Part shown: positions 62,893-64,000 of the stretch, piece after piece | Layout: each line of letters begins with the position of its first letter | Numbering within the stretch: position 1 is the stretch's first letter | NCBI GenBank assembly: GCA_951406725.2 | Contig: OX597818.1 | Location: 142,414,001-142,478,000 of the forward strand | Direction: 5' to 3' | Source of the DNA: Octopus vulgaris | Lineage: Eukaryota | DNA: 64,000 nt | Made by a program: the position numbers and the translations under genes | The notes under the pieces: generated by a model | Seen by the model: the letters and a program-made list of their open reading frames with translations, nothing else | Told to the model about the DNA's origin: nothing | Databases searched by the model: none

Positions 62893-63082
62893 GTGGCTGT
62901 GTGATAAGAGGCTTGTTTTCCAACCACATGGTTCTGGATTCAGTCCCACTGCATGGCACCTTGGTCAAGTGTCTTCTATTATAGCTTCAGGCTGACCAAA
63001 GCAAGTGGATTTGGTATCACGTGTTAATTTGGTAGACAGGAACTGAGAGAAGCCAATTGTATATAAATGTGAATGTGTGTGT

Positions 63083-63121
<39 letters not shown>

Positions 63122-63345
63122 GTGTGTATGTGTGTGTGTGTGTGTTTGTCCCCCACCACAGCTTGATAGCTAGTGTTGGCATGTTTACATCACCACAACT
63201 TAACAGTTTGGCAAAAGAAACTGATAGAATATATACCAGGCTTCAAAAGAAGAAAAAATTATTGGGTTCAATTCATTCAACTAAAAAGTCTTCAAGGCCG
63301 TGCTCCAGCATGACTACATATAACGACTGAAATAGGCAAAAGACA
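62893..63345 (+). mobile_element. SINE family A, diverged
   Basis: GTGGCTGTGTGATAAG...GATTCAGTCCC...GTGCTCCAGCATGAC. Confidence 0.8.
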
Positions 63346-63347
63346 AA

Positions 63348-63463
63348 AGAGCTAAAAGCCAAATGGAGAGCAAGCCAAATGGAGAGAAGGTCAGCTGGAG
63401 AGCAGGCCAAATGGAGAGCAAGTTCAAATGGAGAGCAGGCCAACGGGAGAGCGAGCCAGCCTG
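63348..63463. repeat. Short ectopic copy of the 16-bp minisatellite
   Basis: GCCAAATGGAGAGCAAGCCAAATGGAGAG..., about 7 units. Confidence 0.85.
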
Positions 63464-63526
63464 GAATTTTCTCAGGTTCATTACTATTACATAGGCACAT
63501 CATTGAAAAAGAGAATTATCGCTGGA

Positions 63527-63806
63527 GACATGAGTGTGAGAGTTCACTTCCTAATCATGCAGTTTAGGGTTCAGTCCTACAACACTACACCTTGGGTAAA
63601 TGTCTACAGGCACAGGCATAGCTGTGGGGTTAAGAAGCTCACATTGAACTATGTGATTTTGGGTTCAGTCCTACAACACCACACCTTGGGTAAATGTCTA
63701 CAGGCACAGGCATAGCTGTGTGGTTAAGAAGCTCACATTGAACTATGTGATTTTGGGTTCAGTCCTAATGCACAGCACTTTGAGCAAGGGTCTTCTACTA
63801 TAGCCT
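63527..63806 (+). repeat. Three tandem SINE-A heads, 94-bp period
   Basis: GGGTTCAGTCCT at 63567, 63661 and 63755. Confidence 0.8.
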
Positions 63807-63867
63807 CTGCATGTGTGTTGGTGCATGTGTGTGTTTGTTGGTGTGTGTGTGTTGGTTTGTGTGTGTT

Positions 63868-63906
<39 letters not shown>

Positions 63907-64000
63907 TGTATCTGTGTGTGTTGATGTGCATGTGTGTTGGTGTATGTTGGTGAGCGTGTGTTGGTGTGTGTGTGTTTGCTGGATCAGGACTGACCTCAGA

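Overview
This is AT-rich, repeat-saturated animal DNA. The SINE, MITE and microsatellite repertoire looks like a cephalopod (octopus) intron or intergenic region; that is an inference from pattern recognition, not a database result. Most supplied ORFs are microsatellite or satellite artefacts. I find one credible host exon (minus strand, 21220-21372). Mobile DNA includes four SINE families, decayed Tc1/mariner, RTE and CR1 remnants, piggyBac-type and Tc1-type MITEs, and several Penelope-like element (PLE) remnants. There is also a 163-bp six-monomer higher-order satellite and a 16-bp minisatellite that arose inside a SINE. The main result is RNA-structural: about ten hammerhead-ribozyme (HHR)-like motifs sit in PLE terminal repeats, several inside palindromic insertions in (TA)n tracts. 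Two of them (27344-27411 +, 32762-32832 -) carry the three HHR core strands in a non-circularly permuted, fully pseudoknotted order, with compensatory sequence differences between the copies. All structures were read by eye and coordinates of degenerate repeats are approximate.
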